Made by a program: the position numbers and the translations under genes
Shown: in pieces, positions 1 to 13,170 of the stretch
How positions within the stretch are numbered: position 1 is the stretch's first letter
Layout: each line of letters begins with the position of its first letter
From: Bispira polyomma
Lineage: Eukaryota
Assembly: GCA_965649765.1 (NCBI GenBank)
Contig: OZ287752.1
Location: 22,134,001-22,198,000, forward strand
Reading direction: 5' to 3'
DNA: 64,000 nt
Notes under the pieces: generated by a model
Told to the model about the DNA's origin: nothing
Databases searched by the model: none
Seen by the model: only the letters and a program-made list of their open reading frames with translations

Positions 1-49
1 CTTCCAAAGAATCAAAAATTGTTTAAAGACTATTGTAGAGTGAATAAAA

Positions 50-1100
50 ATGATTGGAAAGACTGGATACTGCAAACGTTGTAATGTCGTCTACGTGAGA
101 CTGGTTGGTCACAATGCAAATTGGACTTAACCGTTACTGGTGCGCCTGTTACCAGGGGGAGAAGGAGGCCTCAGCAGGGAGCTTGGGAGTTGACCAGGGA
201 CACAGGAGCATCCGTACAGAGCAGCAGAACAGACACCCAACCCCAGGGGAGCAGGTACCTGTAGGTGACAAACTAAACTTTATACTCGATAAGTTACAAC
301 AACTGGAGATTGATATGTGTGAGGTTAAGAAAGAGCAGGGTACCAGAAAGACGGTTGTTAACTCTCAGGATATGTCCTCACACACATCTAAGTTGCGTCA
401 AGGTTATCAAGCTGATTCAAAAAGATATTGACGAACAATATGACTCTGAAACAATTCACAAGAAAAAATGTATGCAGCCACATACGACCAGGTGGAAGCG
501 GATAAAGTCATCCTACCCAGTAAGGGTTTTTTTTTAGGACAAACGACATGATCCATGCCCAAGTGGACCGTCGGCTACAGCAGAACAGATCACAATATCT
601 AACATTGCCTGAAAGTGGTTGCAAATAACATAACAAACATTCTGTTAAGCACCTAATGAATTGGCCCTATGAGCTTTGTTTTAATGCCACTGGTAAGAAA
701 CAGCCATCCTATCAAGATCTAACACCTTTAATGTTCTTTCAGGGGTACTTGGGTTGTGTATTTGAAGAGACAGATCCCAAAATTCGGGACAATATGTTAC
801 AGTACGGGATGCAATTAATGAGGGATGGGCTGGAAACTTTTTGGTTCACAGTTAAAAGCGCTCACTGTTAAGTATTGTTAGAGATTTAAAAGGGGAAAGC
901 GAGTTAGAGTAGACTTAGTCAGATACACGACTTAAGGGCCCGGTTGACTCCGCGTACTCTTAAAGACGCGTCATGTAGTAACATGTCACAAGGTAGTACT
1001 GCTAACCTTCAGCAATAATCAAAAAGATTTTATTCTCATGTGTAGTGCATACAATAAGGATGACCATGTCTTTGGGAGTATGATATTAAAGCATATTAAA
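50..1100 (+). pseudogene. Gag-like ORF of DIRS/Ngaro element, fragmented
   Basis: ORF pieces 105-431 and 656-871 match ORFs 56735-57849 of the second copy ([42 protein letters not shown]). Confidence 0.75.
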
Positions 1101-1999
1101 GCATGACAGCCAGTCAGATCTAGCATCATCTAGAACACTGCCTATAGCAGAGGTTCCGGAAGTAAATTTAGGAGGGGGGGGGGAAATGTATGTAAAAACA
1201 TTGACTCGCATGAGAGCAGAGGCTTAAGGCAAAGTAATGTTGTAGCCACTGGGCTCAATACACAATATGTGTATAACATGGGTGGAAGAAATGTAAATAG
1301 TGAAAATAGAAATGCTGAAAGTGTAAAGAAGTGTGGAAGTAAAATGTGTAGTACGGGGTCTGCAGGAAAGGCGACCAAAATATGTGTACAGCAAGTAGAT
1401 ATTGTTGACAAATGTGTACATGACGGGGCTTTCCCGCCCCTACAAAAGAGAGGGAAAATCCAAATAATTGAAAAGTGGGGTGCCCGCCTAAAACTAACCA
1501 ATTAAAATGTATTTAAAACAATAACTATGAGATTCCCCACAATAGGGATAGTAAACAAGTTGACACAATGGTTTGTGTTCAAAAACGCGCAAGGCAGAAA
1601 GGCAGAGCAAAGTGTCAAAGAAAGTAAACAGGCCATTTCCCTTTATCTAAAAAGTGGGGCGAGAGGTTGACTGAAAAGGTAATTATACAAAACAAAGGAA
1701 TGAGGACGCCCCCCCCCCCCCCTCATTTAGTCAAAATTCAGGGGGAACCCCTTTATGAAATCAGAAAGGTGTGCAATGTGAAACCTAAAACAGAATCTCA
1801 CACCATGGGGAAACCAAAGGGTAATATGGTAAAACTACAGGTAATTAACAAGGCACTTACTTATTGTGACAATAGAAAACAAATAGGTGTCAAATTCAAG
1901 TGATAACTTTGGTTTTCAATGCATCTGTAATAGGGTGGGCAGTGTACTAGCTTATACAAACAGAATCGAATTCGACTCCCTTGAATAATGGGCTGTAAA

Positions 2000-3520
2000 A
2001 GCACACTTAGAGGTAGATCAGTGGGGTTGCCCTAATTATTTGGGTGCAAGGGCCCTGTCCCTTCAGAGTTAAACATAGACGCCTAGAGTCAAGTATTAAA
2101 GGGGGTTGAAGATATTTTATTGCCCGAATACCTGGTATTTGGATTTTCCTTGGACATGAACCATGATGGTTTTAAATTCAATAGTGAGGTGAAAAACCAT
2201 GACAGTACTATTCAGTTCGCTGATAGTGTGGATCAGTAGTTTGTGACTGAGCGGTTACACAAAGCAATTGCAGGTCTATTTGACCACAAACCTTATAAGC
2301 TGTTACACTGCTCCCCAGTTATGACTAGACCTAAAGACGACAACATTACACGGCTCATTGTGGACTTATCTTGGCCACATGACGCAACATCGGTTAATAG
2401 TATGGTTACAGACGGACTATATGGTGGTCAAGATTGTGTTTTTACCCTACCTACAGTTGACAAGTTGGTGAGTCGTATTAATGAAATTGGCCCTACTACA
2501 AAGTTGTATAAGCTAGATCACTCTTGTGCATTCCACAAGTTGCGTATAGACCCAGCTAATTATAAATTCATAGGCCTCAAATGGCGGAAGAATACTTACA
2601 TAGACCTTGCAGTAATGATGGGCTACAAACACAGCAACACGGTATGTGAATGGGTCACTGATAGTTTGCGTCGGTTAATGAACATAAAGAAGTATAAGAT
2701 ATGGAACTATATCAACACCCTAGTTGCTGTAGAAACAGCCGCAAACGCAAAAGATTTGCTTGATGAGCTTTATAGCTTAATTGAGTATCTAGGTTTACTA
2801 ATAAATCAAAAAAAAAATTCCTCCAGCAGAGGAGGTAGTTTGTATGGGGATTTTAGTCAATGCTAAAAAAGGCACCTTAAAAATATCGGATGACAAGTTA
2901 CAGCAAATCAAAAATATTTGCATTAAATGGCGTTCCAAGCAGAATTGCACAAGAAATGAACTACAATCGATTCTAGGCAAGCTATTGTACATACACAGAT
3001 GTGTAGCTCCCACAAGGTTATTTTCAAACCAAATGTTGAGATTGCTTAGAGAAACCTACCCCAGTAGACACATAAAATTAACTAGGGAGTTTAAAGCCGA
3101 CTTACACTGGTTTAATGAATTCTTATTGGATTTTAATGGGGTGGTCAAAATGCATCTGAAAGAAGAACCAGTCCTTCTTTTATACATAGACGCCTGTTTG
3201 GTAGGAATCAGGGCTATATGGGCAGATAATGTCTATGTTGCAGCCTTTCCTAAGCATAAACCCCCATTATTCGGAATTGTTCACTTTAAAATGTGGAACA
3301 TTTTGCTAGTATTGCATATACGGGGAAAATGTTTCAAAAGTTGTATGATTTCATGATACAGGTCTAGGTATAATGGAAAGACCAATCTTGTAAGAAAGTC
3401 TAAAAACAATATAAAACTGGACGTGGTCCATATAGCTGGGGTGAAAAATGTGCAAGCTGACTACTTGTCCCTTATTGTAATTCCAGGGCACAGAAATATT
3501 ACAGTACATGAACATGTGAT
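2000..3520 (+). pseudogene. Reverse transcriptase/RNase H of DIRS/Ngaro element, frameshifted
   Basis: ORFs 2243-2866 and 2844-3356 are joined by a frameshift in the A-run near 2808-2817. Upstream in-frame stops are present and the catalytic YxDD is decayed. Confidence 0.85.
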
Positions 3521-4147
3521 GCAGAATAAATGGTGGGAGGTAAAAGATGGGGATTTTGTATTAAACACTGCTTTTTGATTACGATTTCAGGTACCCCGAT
3601 TTAAAATTTCCCAACTGAGGCAGCCAACAATAGGTTAAAATCTGCTCTGATTACAAGAACAAAGTTAAATCATTCTTTTATTGTCTACCCTGTATTTACC
3701 CAGGTTGAAAGGAATTATCATCATTCCCATCCTTACTTCCATCTTTCATCAGTCCTATGCTTATCCACCAGCTTATATAAGGCTTTGTTTTCAACTGTCT
3801 GTTTCGGATTTTTTAGATTTTCAAACTTAGTCCCGGCTAGCTGTTGCCAGTTTTTATGTATCAAAATAATGGGCAACTAGTGGATCTTACAACCTTTAAA
3901 GTAAGACAAGTACTAAGAGGGACCATAGTGTCTCCAACTTTAAATCCATAGTCCTTCAGTCTTTCTGGAGATTTGGAGCGACACTAGCTTTTGACCACAA
4001 CGTTGAATTGTGCAGTTCATCATGGGACATGGTGGCTGGTGTTCTTTTGTGGTCCGGGAAAACCTGCAATCTAACCCCAATGCCTCTTCAACAGTAGCTA
4101 AGTCCTACAAAACATAATACCACACTAAAATATCTCGTATGGCGCTT

Positions 4148-4628
4148 GGGCATTGTAATATGTAAATATTCATAGTATATTTTGAAACATATAGTATGTA
4201 ATAGTCCATAGTTAAAACTAATAGTTAAAACTTTACGTTTACCTTACAAGGTTACACATTTAGTCACTAGGCTAACCTTAAAGTCACTTGCATTTTAGAA
4301 AATATTCAAAGTGATTTTAAGAAGTAGCCATCTTTACTTTTAACAGAGCCAGAATGTAAGTTGGCCTTAAGTCACCTACTTAAAGTATTTAAGGTGACCT
4401 TGAGTCACCACAAGTTTTCCAAAAGGTAAACTTAAACTCGTTTATGTATGGTGCCCTTAACCTTTTAAGGTCACCTTAGTTATATATTATTGAATGTTTT
4501 ATGTGATAACAAACTAATATTAGATGTTAGATAGATATATTAATGCCCAAAGAGGTATATCGATGCGTTTCATTGTCTTAAACTATATCACTTTGTCCAT
4601 AAACTCAGGGGTGGCCACGTTGACTGGT
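4148..4628 (+). repeat. Terminal repeat 'B' of DIRS/Ngaro element, copy 1
   Basis: Starts gggcattgtaatatgtaaata and ends aaactcaggggtggccacgttgactggt. It is directly repeated at 5370-5842 and homologous to 59244-59791. Confidence 0.85.
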
Positions 4629-4835
4629 GTAGGAGATGCTCAGCACTTTGTGTCAGTCAGAGAGGTCCACACCTTGAAGCCATAAGACCATCACCCCTCT
4701 TTTTCCTAATAGTGGGTCGTTCCATTCAAAGCTCTGTGGTACGGAATGGAACTATAAAACCCCATGTTTCAGAGTCAGCTGTGTCAATTAAGGTGTTACT
4801 GGAGAGCTGCTTCATTACCCGCCCTCCTCATCCCA
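4627..4835 (+). repeat. Repeat 'A' of DIRS/Ngaro element
   Basis: tgtaggagatgctcagcactttgtgtcagtcagag...ataaaaccccatgtttcag...aggtgttact matches about 56302-56505, which lies upstream of gag in the second copy. Confidence 0.7.
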
Positions 4836-5369
4836 AAAATTAGGATCTTATAGTAGGGTATATTGTTCATTTAAAAATTTTACAGATACTAAATGCATAA
4901 ATTTTGTATTTTGAGGTACAAGAGCGAGTGGAAGCTGGGAAGTGCTACATGCCAAAGTCACCTGGAACGCTAAGCAAAACTCAAAGTTCAAAATAGAGAA
5001 CCCATGGTGAACAGTACAACATGAATGTCAAGTTGGTTGAATTGACACCAACTTGTATAAAAATAGGTCTTACAAATATTGTAACAGCTATCACTGCTGA
5101 AGGCTCGAGATGTGTGTTCTGTCCAATAGTCAAAGTAGCGGACAAAATGTTGTATTATGTAACTGTAACATGGTTTTTAATATTTAAATAATGCATATGT
5201 AGCTTCCCAGTAACACTCTTGACAAATATAATGTAACGAATTGTAAATAAAAGTGTCTTAATGATTTTATTAACTCTCTCTTAAACATAACTGTATAATG
5301 TAATTTAACTCGGCCATTTATCTTAGTGCTTTGGTTTTAAAAAGATGAATACAAATGATATTGATGAAT

Positions 5370-5842
5370 GGGCATTGTAATATGTAAATACTCATAGTAT
5401 ATTTTGTAACATATAGTATGTAATAGTTCATAGTTAAAACTATAACTTTACGTTTACCTTACAAGGCTATGCCTTAAGGTAACCTTAAAACAAGCTTGCT
5501 TAAGCTAACCTCAAAGTCACTTGCATTTTAGAAATTATTTAGGTGACCTTAAGAAGTTGTCATCTTTACTTTTAACATAGTCAGAATTTAAGGTTGCCTT
5601 AAGTCACCTATGTAAGTATTTAAGGTGACCTTAAGTCACCACCAGTTTCCCAAAAAGGTAAACTACTCGTGTATGGAGGGTGTCCTTAACCTTTGAAGGT
5701 CACCTTGGTTGTGCTGTGAAAACAAACTAATATTAGATGTTAGATAGATATAATAAATTCCCAAATTGATGTATCAATGATTTTCATTGTCTCAAACTAT
5801 ATCACTTTGTCCATAAACTCAGGGGTGGCCACGTTGACTGGT
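5370..5842 (+). repeat. Terminal repeat 'B', copy 2
   Basis: Direct repeat of 4148-4628. Confidence 0.85.
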
Positions 5843-5970
5843 AAGCATTATAATATGTTTTGAAAAAAAGTCCTTGTTTCATGCTGTTATAATTGTAAAT
5901 TTATTTCAAGCAACAAAATGAAAATGTTATGTTTTTAGTGGTGCAATAACTACATTCAAAATGTTGAGCT

Positions 5971-6004
5971 ATGAATTTCTTGTTTGTGTTTGTCTTTGAA
6001 TCAT
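5971..6004 (+). CDS. Putative signal-peptide exon of Ig-superfamily gene
   Basis: ATG at 5971 gives MNFLFVFVFES plus 1 nt, then a strong donor gtaagt. Phase 1 fits the next exon. Confidence 0.45.
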
Positions 6005-6285
6005 GTAAGTAACAACATACGACTCTTCTGTTTATGTTAAATAGTTTTCCATGAGTTTTCAATTGTTAAGAGTTTATTTTGGAATACATGTCCCATATAC
6101 AGACTAGAATAACAATAAATTTCAAGAGTAAAATCTAAAAGAACACTTCTGCATATTCCATCACCCAACGAACAAAACTACTACCTGTGTATAGTGTGTA
6201 TTCCCCTATGCATTGCACTGATATTGTTTCATATCCTTGCAATTCATTTAGAAACAGTTAACACATGTAATTCTATTTTTAGCAG

Positions 6286-6600
6286 TACTTGATGTGGGTA
6301 ATACAGAAGTGACCCAAGTGTCCTATACCACATCCTACCTAGCTGACAGTGGTTATTACATACTGGATGGAGAACAGCTGACACTGGAGTGTGTGTTTAC
6401 AGGAACTCTCACCTCACTGGTATGGTGGACTCTAAATGGGAGTGATGAACAAATCTTACAGGTGTCGTCTGACACAGAGGATAACATACCTGACACTGAG
6501 TACAAGTCTAGGATAGAAGACTCTACACTGACATCAACATCTCACCAGTTGGTGATTAGAGTCAACAAAACACAGGATGAGGAACAGGAGTTTAGGTGTC
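6286..6600 (+). CDS. Ig V-set-like domain exon (3' boundary uncertain or disrupted)
   Basis: Acceptor ttttagcag. Translation shows GEQLTLEC...VWW...YKSRI...HQLVI...DEEQEFRC, the C-W-C spacing of an Ig fold. Confidence 0.7.
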
Positions 6601-8147
6601 GCGTTTATTTTGTATTGCTAATTGCCAAAGGCTTTATTTTTACATGCTCTAGAGATAAATGAATCCTAAATAGCTTAGAGTTCCAAAATTACTTCAATAA
6701 GGTTTTTAATGAGCAAGTTTTTCTGGCAAGATCCAACTGTGAAGGGGAAAAGTTTTTTAAAAGGTGGTCTAGCTTCAAGTTTGGATAATAATAAGTGAAA
6801 TGAAATATAATGCTGGAATATTACATGTTACATATATATATATATATATATATAGCCTTTTTGTTTCATTGTATAAAAATTTTTGTTGTAAGAAAACTTT
6901 TCCCTCTCAGAAAAGCCTAAGATAGTAATTTTGGAATTGACCAAAAAAAGCAGGAGAAATTTGACTTATCCAAAGAGATAAATTTTTCCAAAATTGTAAT
7001 ATTGCATGTTGAAAATAAGTGAACAATGGTTTCTTCGGCATTTTTACAGAAAATGCGGTTGGGGTTTTCAATTATTTTTAGTTTTGCCATTCGGCAATAT
7101 CAAATTGGATATCTAGGTTTTCACTCCAGTTTATTTTTGACTGATTAAAATATTCAAAACATTTTTGGAAGGAATTTGTCTTTAAAGTTACTCTTTTTTA
7201 AGGGGTACAATTACAGCGCCGTCAGTTATTATTAAATCCACATATGGAATTAGAAATTACTCTGGTCTTAGAAGTGTGCCACCGTACAGTAATCATGTCT
7301 TTGCAGTACTTTCTCAAAAATTGTTCATGGAATGACTTTAAACTTTGTGCATGGGTGTATTTGGTGATCAGTTCAGACGTAAAAATGTACATTAAAAGAT
7401 GTGGTTCTTTTGTTGTTGGACTAAGTTGTTAATTTTACAAACTATATACATAGTATTTATAGCGACATAAGGTCACCATAACTTAATAAGGTTTAGAATT
7501 GATTTAGGGTGATTTAAAGTCCCCAAAAATAAATAAGATTTAATCAGAATTTAAGAGAGAGATTTGTTAGGGTCACCTTAAAGTTGGCTGTATTAAGTTA
7601 AAGTTCTTGCCCATATACAATTACACTTGATTAGTCTTTGGGCTATTACTGAAAACAATGTGACCCCAAGGCTAGAGTGTGAGGTTAGAGGGCATGAAAT
7701 GGCAAGCATATATGTAAGCCTCTACAATTAACTATTAGCCCTTACAAGTAACTAGTAGGACAAATGTACAATAAACTAAAAGAGAATTGAGATTTCTTAC
7801 CTTAACTGGTTGTATAACCACTAGGAGGGGGTTAATAATATATATCCCTATCTAGGTTACCTTAATGCCTTGCCTAGCAATTTGCAATATGTCACCTTAC
7901 ACATATACCATTCAAGGGTATAAACTCCCAGTTTACAATACAGACCTAAACTATGACTGTATAAAGTATCCAGTTGCAGATGACTAGGGCTTGGTTAGTC
8001 TTGTGGTTGTGCAAGTAGTCTGAAATTAGCATTAATAGTTGGGTTCTCGGTGGGTTGTCAAAACACTATTGCCTCTGTATTTTTTTCCAATAATGGTGCT
8101 GATAAAGGCTCTAATCGCTTTTATATTTGTCCCTGTAAAACCTTTAA

Positions 8148-8345
8148 TTCCAACCACATATGTAACTTTAGAGATATTTTACAGTCCAGTTCGAGAAGAC
8201 ATTCCAGTGACCTTCGCCTGTACCACCTCTAGTAAGCCCTTACCCACACTGAGACTATACAGACAGAGTGAGGGTCAGTCTGCTGCTGTGGTCAAATCTG
8301 TCACTGATGTGACACTGATCTGGACTGACAGTATGGAGTACTGGG
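8148..8345 (+). pseudogene. Degenerate duplicate of the Ig exon at 8999-9295
   Basis: PVTFACTTSSKPLPTLRLYRQSEGQS versus PVTFTCTTSSNPLPRLRLYRHREGQS. The acceptor AG reads AA and the 3' part with the second Cys is deleted. Confidence 0.7.
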
Positions 8346-8411
8346 AGTACTGTTATTGTATAACTGTTTAGTCAGGTAAAATATATACTTGAGTTTGAAT
8401 TTTTATTGCAG

Positions 8412-8738
8412 TCCGCCCATCCTCTGTAACACTGGAAGGTCTAGATGTTGTAATAGAAAGTTTACAACAGACTATAGAGTGTGAGGTGAACTCAGTGTAC
8501 AGAGGTCAGGAGGTCACAGAGTTTGGTGTAAAGGTAGGAGAGTCTACACTGACATCTGGTACAAAGACACAGACTACAGGGTCAGTGAGTGGGACTTATA
8601 CTGTAAAGTATACACAGACTGAGACATTTGCCTACAGTGAACACCAGGGTCAACAGGTACAGTGTGAGGTCAGATGGATGGAAGGGACAAGTTTAGAAAC
8701 AGTGAAAACATCTGCAGTGAAGACATTCGATATTTATG
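8412..8738 (+). CDS. Ig C2-like domain exon
   Basis: Acceptor ttattgcag. Open frame RPSSVTLEG...IECEV...HQGQQVQCEV...FDIY, phase 1 at both ends. Confidence 0.75.
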
Positions 8739-8998
8739 GTACTTCTATTTTAGTAAGATTTTTTTTAATAGAATTTTAAATTAGTCATTTGATAAAATTA
8801 ATATACAGGAAATAGTATTCAATTTGATAAACAGTAGTTGTGTTTCAAAAAAGCATGTGGAGGTTCTGTTAAATATTACAAATTTTGAGTTGTTTATATA
8901 TATTGTACACTAAAGTGTGTGAATAACATGTTGGTATCTTTATTTGGTCTCCAATGGTTGTTAATATTTTATACATATTATTATTATGTTGTCCTTAG

Positions 8999-9295
8999 TT
9001 CCAGCCACAGATGTAAATTTAGAAATATCTGACAATCCAGTGCCAGAAGACACTCCAGTGACCTTCACATGTACCACCTCTAGTAACCCCTTACCCAGAC
9101 TAAGACTATACAGACACAGGGAGGGTCAGTCTACCACTGTGGTCAAGTCTATCACTGATGTAACACTGATATGGACTGACAGTATGGAGTCAGTAGACAA
9201 CAAGACTGAGTTTTACTGTAGAGTGGATGACAATAAGAACATTGAGGGCTGGGACTTTGATGTACAGTCAGGGAGACAGGAAATTACTCTGAGTT
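8999..9295 (+). CDS. Ig C2/I-like domain exon
   Basis: Acceptor ccttag and donor gtgagt. Translation PVTFTCTTSSNPLP...DNKTEFYCRV, phase 1 at both ends. Confidence 0.8.
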
Positions 9296-9499
9296 GTGAG
9301 TAATATTGTATTATGAATAACTCCTCTCTGATGAGGATATAAATATGATACTTGAGATTTAAACAGATCTATAGAGCCAAAATTGGCTAATTGGGAAAAA
9401 TAAGCTGATGTTAACAATATACAAGATATAGAAAACTGTCATTTCTGTAACTGTTATATTAAAAATCTTTAAATTTTTGATAATGTTCTTAATTTTGTG

Positions 9500-12400
9500 A
9501 CTCCACTATCAAGTATGATTGGCAAAATGGGCCATCTTTTGGATTGCGGTGGTCGTTGCAAAAAAAATAATTGATGTAATTTTTGGGTCAGGAAATGAAA
9601 ATGTGGGGCGACCTTCTAGATCTAACAAATTACATCCTGTTTTGACTGGACACCGATCCCGATCTACCTTGAAGTCAGTATGACTTTGAACTTGAATGTG
9701 GCCTGACCTCTCCGACCCGCTTAGGATCAAACTGATTGGGGTTAGGATATGACGTATCGCTCTAGCATTGAATGTATCAGCAATAGGATTTGACAAGTCT
9801 ATACCCCTGTCCATCAGGATCGAAACTCCAATAATCATATTCCGGACTGCTATTCTAACACTATTTGACTCTATATATACCTCTTTTGAGGACCAAAACT
9901 CATGTATTAAAAAGTACAATGCCAACAATCGACAAGAAACAATGTATGAGGAGGCTAGGACATATTTTCTTGGTAAAACTGCAACAGGAAAGACATAAGG
10001 CTCCGGCTGGCGTAAGACAGGAGGAATTGAAACCAAGACCACCACCTGCCCCTTGGGTGCCCCTGGAGAAGGTCCGGCCTCCAACAATGTCACCATTCAC
10101 TGTGTCAAGCCCTAGATTGCCAGAAGAGAGACCCTTGGATATTACAGCATTACAACTTTAAAGGATTTGAATTGGGATATTTAACGTCCACTCTAGTACC
10201 TATTTAGGTTATATTGGGACGGGTAGTTGGAAACGCTGGAAGAAACACTGCATACAGTTGATCAAGGTTCTGCACTGAAACCAGTGGCCCACAGTAAGGA
10301 ACTACCACCACATAGGCATCAGCAGGAGTCTAACTCACACCGCCCAGAGGTGAGAGACCAGTGATTGTGAAGCGCAATGCTTGTTAACTACTACGGAGTT
10401 AAGGGAAGGGGATGGGGGATGGAGCTGCATAAAGAACTTCCTCAGGTTGCCTCTAGATATATTCCTGAGCCTAACCACCTGAGCCACCCAGAGCCTGAGA
10501 TGTTGCAGTAGCTGTAATCAAGGAGAGGATCACACCCATGTCAAAAGAAAAACAACCTGGTACAGAAAGCCCTTGGATGTGAGACTTAAACTGGCAGTCA
10601 CCTTGAGGCACCTGGCCGCTGGGGAGAGTTACAGTTCCTTGTCGTACCAATTCAGGGTGGGAAATCGACAATCACCAAGTTTGTCCCAGAGATCTGCGAG
10701 GTCATTAGTCAAGAATATGAGGCAAAAAATCTGTTCTGCCCAACCTCCCCAGCAGACTGGATTAAACTTGAAGAACGATACAGAAACAGATGGAACATCC
10801 CTCATGCTGTGGCCTCCATTCACGGAAAACATGTAGCCATCAAGAAACCTCCAAAGGCTGGCAGTTGATATTACAACTAAAATAGTTGTGTTCAATTGTG
10901 CTGTTAGCCCTGGTTGATTGTGACTACAGATTTATTTCGATGGACCTTGGTTGCAGTGGTTCCTGCCCAGACGCCCAAATTTTTAATCATTCAGAACTGA
11001 AACAAAAGTTTGACGACAGAACCATTATTTGAAGGATCCAGACGTGATGTCAACTACTTCCTACTTTCAACATACGACGAAACATTCAATTGGCCATAAA
11101 ACGGGCCTGGAAGTTTTGATGAATGGTCGTCTGAAAAGGACCGCCAGGAGACTGCTGACTGACTACTGCGGTGGTGGTGGAGGAGGCTGTGACTGTGATG
11201 TGGAGGTGATTGGTTGTAGGCTGCACGTTTCAAGCTGTTGTTGCTGATCGCTGGCTGGTTGTAGGCTCAGCATTCCAAGCTATTGAGGCTGATCGCCAGC
11301 TGGTTGTAGGCTGTGAGTTGCAAGCTGTTGTTGCTGATCACTGACTGGTTGTAGCCTGAGCGTTGGAAACTGTTGAAGGGGATCACTGACTGGTTGTATG
11401 CTGAGCATTCTAAGCTGTTGTGGCTGATTGCTGGTTGGTATTGAAATCAGGCCGGGTGTTGGACTCATATCCAATATCCGGTGGTAACTCTGTGTTGAAA
11501 CGTTTATAAAAACTTATAATCGACAAAGTGTTGTGTGTTGTATTATCATATGTAGAGGCATTCGACTGTGGGTTTGATAACTGTTTGCTGGGTGATGGGC
11601 TGACCAGCTTTACCTAGTGGGCAGTCCCTGTAGCCTTATTCAGAACGTAATATGGTATTTTTGGATGTGGCTGCAGGTCAGCCTGTAAGACCTGCAGCTG
11701 GGCAGTCTAAGAAGTCTTACACTGTATCCACATACACAACTTGATGTTGAGGCACATAGGTTGAACTGCAGGTGGCTTGGATTGTGTGAAACTGGGTGTG
11801 GTTCTGTTGAATGCACCACCCGGATGACTTATTTTACGCTGAATCATACTGACAGTGGTAAATGTCTCGTTTCTAAACGTCTGGAGATCCCCCTCGTCCA
11901 ACTTCTCTGCTTCGACAGTCAAATACTAAACAAATGCTGCCCTGGTGGACTGTGGCTTCTCAGGCTTCTGTGTCTCGACCACTAAACTGGACATCATGCT
12001 GTGCATCTGGCCTAGGTACTCCATCAGTTGGGTGCTGATGTCAGAGCCCTGACGGGGTGGAAAAGCTTTGTGACTACTTCTAAGACTGGTCTCTGCGGCT
12101 CGAACACCTGAACAGATTGTAGATCTCGCTCTGTCTCTGTGGCAAGTCTGAAGCTTCCTGGGTTGATGTAACACTGGGCTTAAAAGCTGACGACTTGACA
12201 TGTCTGACCATGTGGGACCACAGAAAGGAAAAACGACTCAGTAACCAGTTCTCTCTGTCTTTGAACTCTGGGGGTAATTTGCCTGACCTCTTCCTGACTA
12301 CTTACCAAAACGGGTGCGTTGAGACTCAAACCAAGTACTGATGTCTGAAACCTGCAGACCACAGGTGGGTGCAAGTTCATACCAGAGCCTGTTCTTCAGT

Positions 12401-13170
12401 GACCGGTCATTGAACTGTTCGTAGTGCTTGTTGTACAGAACCTCGTGTCCCCTCACCAAATCAACTATGGACTCCTTGTCTGGCTCAGTGAGGACCATAT
12501 GCACCATCTTTCACATCTTCTTCACTCTCCCTCTGAACTAGGATGACTCTAATGACTCCTCTCAGTCACTTTGTTCTTTCTCTCTGTCACTGGGTGGTGG
12601 GCTAGTTCTCTCATCCCTCTTCTTCCTCTGGGCCTCTGAATCTTCAGACAAAACACCCACCTCAAATTCTGAGGTCCTCTCCTCCTCCATCTCCATCATC
12701 TTCCTCTTTACTCTATTCCCTTTAGGCATTATAAATGTTGTGTGTAATAAAAACAACCTAAGCTATAATATAGTCCCTAAACTCAAAAACAAATAATCTT
12801 AAAAACAATAAAAAGCCTCCCTAATAAAAACACAACATGTATCTCCAGCCAGCAGTCTCCAAATACAACGAGTTTGGCACTGCCGGAATATTTTTAAACC
12901 CCAAATACCCTGACAGTTGAACCCTATTGGTCTGGTCAGATCCTAAAGGCTATATCGTTTAGCTCCCTGGCTGATCCTATAGTCAATACGCTCTGTCCTA
13001 CTCTGGCCAGTTCGATCGAGATAAAAAAAGTATCATGTCCACGTTCTAACAGGGTGTAAATAAGTTTGATCAGCGCGCAATACGTCAGATCGGGATATCA
13101 ATAAGTTTGATCCTAACACTGCCCCGGTCAAAAATAAATTTAAGTAACAATTTGATACGGAATGGAATTG
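9500..13170 (+). mobile_element. Degenerate PIF/Harbinger DNA transposon (transposase remnant on +, Myb/SANT-MADF partner remnant on -) within an Ig gene intron
   Basis: LKLAVTLRHLAAGESYSSLSYQFRVG (10573-10836) is typical of HARBI1-like transposases. The minus ORF 12298-12507 reads IVDLVRGHEVLYNKHYEQFNDRSLKNRLW...WFESQRTRFGK, a MADF-like domain. Termini are approximate. Confidence 0.8.
11200..11445. repeat. About 30/60-bp tandem repeat inside Harbinger relic (Gln-rich on minus strand)
   Basis: Repeated ggttgtaggctg...aagctgttgttgctgatcgctggct units. Confidence 0.7.

Larger units (their letters stand above)
1..5842 (+). mobile_element. Degenerate DIRS/Ngaro-like tyrosine-recombinase retrotransposon (gag, RT/RNase H, YR remnant, terminal repeats); 5' end lies outside the window
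   Basis: Gag-like start at 50 ([13 protein letters not shown]). RT motifs lie in ORF 2243-2866 ([26 protein letters not shown], degenerate NYIN for YxDD). RNase H lies in 2844-3356 (LQSILGKL, DLHWF, YIDACL). Decayed YR-like DNA spans about 3590-4110. There are many stops and frameshifts. The element is co-linear with the copy at 56302-59791. Confidence 0.85.

Noticed and set aside
2243-3356. Possibly active or domesticated reverse transcriptase
   Set aside because: The catalytic YxDD is lost, and stops and frameshifts are present.
9509-10096. 195-aa minus ORF
   Set aside because: It lies in the Harbinger subterminal region and has no recognisable motif.
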